Shown piece after piece: positions 61,032 to 64,000 of a stretch of 64,000 bases of DNA; the stretch's first letter is position 1; each line of letters opens with the position of its first letter. The translations under genes and the position numbers were made by a program. The stretch covers positions 512,001-576,000 of the forward strand of contig CBDCWI010000001.1 in assembly GCA_965223325.1 (NCBI GenBank), given 5' to 3'. The DNA is from Candidatus Multivoradales bacterium (lineage in GTDB: Bacteria; Acidobacteriota; Thermoanaerobaculia; Multivoradales; Multivoraceae). The notes below the pieces were generated by a model. The model worked only from the letters and a program-made list of their open reading frames with translations. It did not search any database and was not told where the DNA came from.

Positions 61032-63161
61032 CTATCGCGGCGGGTGGTTCTTCCCGGCCTTCTCGGGCTTCCCGGGCGTCTCGCTCCCTTCCTCGTCGTC
61101 CTTCGGAGGGACGGGCAGGTCGACTTCGTTGCCCCACAGCCACTTCTCGAACCACTGCCAGTTGTGCCACACCGCTGCCAGGCGCTCCTTTGGTTTGTTG
61201 ATGCCGTGGCCGAAGCCCCGGTAGATCACCAGGCGAGTCGGCACGCCGACGTCCTGCAGGCCCTGGTAGAGCTCGAACGCATTCGGGGTGGGCACCCGCT
61301 GATCGAACTCGCCGTGCTGGATGAGAGTCGGAGTCTGAGCGTCTTTGATGTAGGTCATCGGCGAGGTTTTGGCGTAGATCTCCGGGTCGTCCCAGGGCGT
61401 CGCCTCGAGGTAGGCACGGGTAAAGCCGTGGATGTCGGTGTTGACGTAGTACGTCATCCAGTTCGAGATTCCTGCACCGTTCGAGATTGCCTTGAACTTG
61501 TCGCTCGTGGTGGCCAGAAACGCTGAGATGTAGCCGCCCTGGCTCCAACCCATCGCACCGACCTTGCCGGGATCGGCGAGGCCGCGCGCGACCAGCGCCT
61601 CGACTCCGCTTTCGACATCCCAGGCGTCGCCGACTCCCAGGTTACGCACGTTGAGCGAACGGAAAGCCTCGCCGTAGCCAGCCGAGCCGCGGTAGTTCGG
61701 CATCAAGACAATGGCGCCCTTCGCCAGCCACTGCTCGATCGGGTAGACGTAGCCACCGATCAAGCGCGGTCGCGAGGTGCCCGTGGGCCCACCGTGGATG
61801 ACCACCAGGAGCGGTGCAGGCCGACTCCGGTCGTGGCCGACTGGAAGAAACAAGACGCCCTCGATCTCGGTTCCGTCGCGACTGGTCCAGGTGGTGAGCT
61901 CACGTTTTCCGAGAGGCCACTCCGCCGTCTTCTCGGTGTGATGGGTCAACTGCTGACGCGCGCCAGGCTGCGCGATCGACGCTACGAAAACCTCCGGCAG
62001 CGTGGTACTCGTCTCGGAGATGAAGGCGACGCTCGCGCCGTCGTCTGAGAAGGCAGCTCCGTAGACGGCGTCCGCACCGAGCTCGAGCGCGCGCGCCGCG
62101 CCGCCCTTGGTCGTGAGCTGGAAAACGCGGCGCGCGGTGCGCTGGCTCGCTCCGAAGATCACCCCGTGGTGTTCGCTCCAGGCGACCGGAAAGGCATCTT
62201 CGTCGAAGAACTCGGTGAGGGTTTCGATTTGCCCACTCGCCACATCGACCTTTGCCAGCCTGCTGTTGCCATACCAGTCGCTGGCACCGCGCGGCGTGGT
62301 GATCAAGAGCGCCTCGCCGTCAGGCGACCAGAAGCCGAGGCCGTCACTCCCGGCCTCTCGAACGAGCGGCCGCCGGTCGCCGCTCCTGCTGTCGACGAGC
62401 GACACATCAGCCTCAGGAAAGGCATCGATCTGGGGACGCGGGCGATGACCGATGGCGATTGTCCGACCGTCGGGTGAGAACTCGAGGTCGTCGACCGTTA
62501 TGTCGGTGCCCTCGGTGAGCTGGCGGGCGGCGGCACCGGGGGTGGCCTCGGCGATGAAGAGATGTTGATGACGGAGATCCTGGTCTTCGACGCGGTAGGC
62601 GCCATAGGTGTCCTCTCGCTCCTTGGCGGGGTCGTCCTCGGCGGAAGAAACGAAGGCGATCGACTCACTATCCGGTGACCAACGGTAGGAGCCGACGCCT
62701 TCCTCGGCATCGGTGAGCTGCTCTGCTTCTCCGCCCGCCAGCGCCATGCGGTAGACCTGCGGCTTCGCCTCGTCGCCCTCACCACGAGTCGAGATGAAGC
62801 TCAGCCAACGACCGTCGGGGGAAAAGGCCGGAGAACTCGCGCTGCCCGAGGCGGTGCGCGTGAACTGGCGCCCCTCGCCGAAAGGCCCGTCGCCTTGCCG
62901 CTTGGCCACCCAGATCTCGGTGTCGTAGCGGTTCTCGTCCCAGTCTGTCGTCCGCTCGGTCCAGGCCACCGCCGAACCATCCGGAGCGATGCACACCGAA
63001 CCGACCGACACCAGATCGATCACCTCGCGGAAGGTCGGCGCACCCGGCACCACCGTTTCTTCGAGTGCCGCCGGTGGCTCACTCTCGGCGGATACGGGGG
63101 TGGCGGGGGTCACGGCGAGCAGCGCAAGGAACGAGAGCGCGGCGAGAACGATGATCTTCAT
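61032..63161 (-). CDS. S9-family serine peptidase (acylaminoacyl/dipeptidyl peptidase-like), signal peptide
   Basis: PD40-like propeller (SPDG repeats); IHGGP, GWSQGG, HGEFDQRVP and GHG triad. Confidence 0.93.
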   Translation of the reverse strand: MKIIVLAALSFLALLAVTPATPVSAESEPPAALEETVVPGAPTFREVIDLVSVGSVCIAPDGSAVAWTERTTDWDENRYDTEIWVAKRQGDGPFGEGRQFTRTASGSASSPAFSPDGRWLSFISTRGEGDEAKPQVYRMALAGGEAEQLTDAEEGVGSYRWSPDSESIAFVSSAEDDPAKEREDTYGAYRVEDQDLRHQHLFIAEATPGAAARQLTEGTDITVDDLEFSPDGRTIAIGHRPRPQIDAFPEADVSLVDSRSGDRRPLVREAGSDGLGFWSPDGEALLITTPRGASDWYGNSRLAKVDVASGQIETLTEFFDEDAFPVAWSEHHGVIFGASQRTARRVFQLTTKGGAARALELGADAVYGAAFSDDGASVAFISETSTTLPEVFVASIAQPGARQQLTHHTEKTAEWPLGKRELTTWTSRDGTEIEGVLFLPVGHDRSRPAPLLVVIHGGPTGTSRPRLIGGYVYPIEQWLAKGAIVLMPNYRGSAGYGEAFRSLNVRNLGVGDAWDVESGVEALVARGLADPGKVGAMGWSQGGYISAFLATTSDKFKAISNGAGISNWMTYYVNTDIHGFTRAYLEATPWDDPEIYAKTSPMTYIKDAQTPTLIQHGEFDQRVPTPNAFELYQGLQDVGVPTRLVIYRGFGHGINKPKERLAAVWHNWQWFEKWLWGNEVDLPVPPKDDEEGSETPGKPEKAGKNHPPR

Positions 63162-63305
63162 CTTGCGGCCTCCAGAGAGCGATGGAGTCTGGAGAGTAGC
63201 TCAGCCAGGAAACTGGACCTGACGGAACGAGCCACGGAACGACATCCAACGTGAAAGGATGTTCCGCTCAGTCTGACTCCGAAAGACCCTCTGGAGGACC
63301 GGCTT

Positions 63306-64000
63306 ATGTTCAGCTCTCGTCCACTCGCTACCCCCATCGCTCTCGCTCTCGCCGTCGGCCTCCCTCTCGTACCCATTGAGGCACAGCAACAAGGTGCGTT
63401 CGCCCAACGCATCCAGGTTCAGAACGAGGCCACCGCGGCGCTTCTCGCGCCCGACGCGTTGCGGGTTCTCGTGTGTGGTTCGGCGTCGCCGCTCGGTGCC
63501 GATCCCAAGCGCGAGCAAGCCTGCCTGGCGGTGATCGCCGGTCCTCGCGTCTTCGTGGTCGATGTTGGCTCTGGGTCCAACAACAACCTTTCGCTTGCCG
63601 GAATCCCGATGCGGAACCTCGAGGCCGTTCTGCTCACTCACTTTCACTCCGACCACATCGGCGCGCTCGGCGATGTCAACCTCAGCTCGTGGGTCGGGGG
63701 AAGGGATACGCAGCTGGAAGTGGTCGGGCCTCCGGGAGTCGAACGGGTGGTTGCGGGCTTCAACGAAGCATTCGCCCTCGACCGCTCCTACCGCACAGCG
63801 CACCATGGCGAGGACCTGCTCCCCCCAGCGGTCGGCACGATGAAGGCACGCAGCGTCGAGCCGGGCGTGATACTCCAAGACGCCGGCCTCAAGATCACAG
63901 CGATCGAGGTCGACCACGAGCCAGTCACCCCGGCCTACGGCTACCGCTTCGACTACCTGGGCCGCTCGGTCACGATCAGCGGCGACTCAGACAAGAGCGC
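63306..64000 (+). CDS. Metallo-beta-lactamase fold hydrolase (RNase Z/AtsA-like), secreted, 3'-truncated
   Basis: Absent from the ORF track because it has no stop. Manual translation from ATG 63306 (GGAGG upstream) gives CGSASP, VVDVGSG, LLTHFHSDH, VDHEPV, YGYRFDY and ISGD. Confidence 0.88.
   Translation, partial: MFSSRPLATPIALALAVGLPLVPIEAQQQGAFAQRIQVQNEATAALLAPDALRVLVCGSASPLGADPKREQACLAVIAGPRVFVVDVGSGSNNNLSLAGIPMRNLEAVLLTHFHSDHIGALGDVNLSSWVGGRDTQLEVVGPPGVERVVAGFNEAFALDRSYRTAHHGEDLLPPAVGTMKARSVEPGVILQDAGLKITAIEVDHEPVTPAYGYRFDYLGRSVTISGDSDKS

Noticed and set aside
60982-61548. N-terminal extension of the FAAL ORF in the track (885 aa)
   Set aside because: It overlaps the S9 peptidase gene in another frame; the FAAL fold begins at MSETEASSLL (ATG 60981).

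Overview
A GC-rich, gene-dense bacterial window. It probably comes from an Acidobacteriota/Thermoanaerobaculia-like organism; this is an inference from the ECF/anti-sigma/CHAT module, the Calx-beta protein C-terminal domain and the recurrent C-terminal F-x-x-x-F-E-x-G...WS motif. It holds two large systems. (1) A minus-strand clade II nitrous-oxide reductase cluster (about 4.3-12.9 kb): diheme cytochrome c fused to a CuA-like cupredoxin, lipoprotein NosZ, NosB, a His-rich domain fused to CcdA, NosD, NosF, NosY and a monoheme cytochrome c. No nosL, nosR, nosGH or Rieske/cyt b gene is visible. (2) A myxobacterial-type PUFA synthase (pfaD, pfaA with 3 ACPs, pfaBC with terminal AGPAT; 40.6-57.9 kb), preceded by a divergent FabR-like TetR gene and a perfect 20-bp operator palindrome. 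It is abutted by a convergent S9 peptidase / FAAL-ACP / GNAT operon, which may N-acylate a substrate with the fatty acid. Other features: two ECF sigma/anti-sigma modules, a 166-bp MITE-like element, a gene with compensating frameshifts, a degenerate duplication of a gene end, and four secreted proteins sharing a putative C-terminal sorting motif. No rRNA, tRNA, CRISPR array or transposase was seen. All calls rest on motif recognition by eye; no database searches were run.
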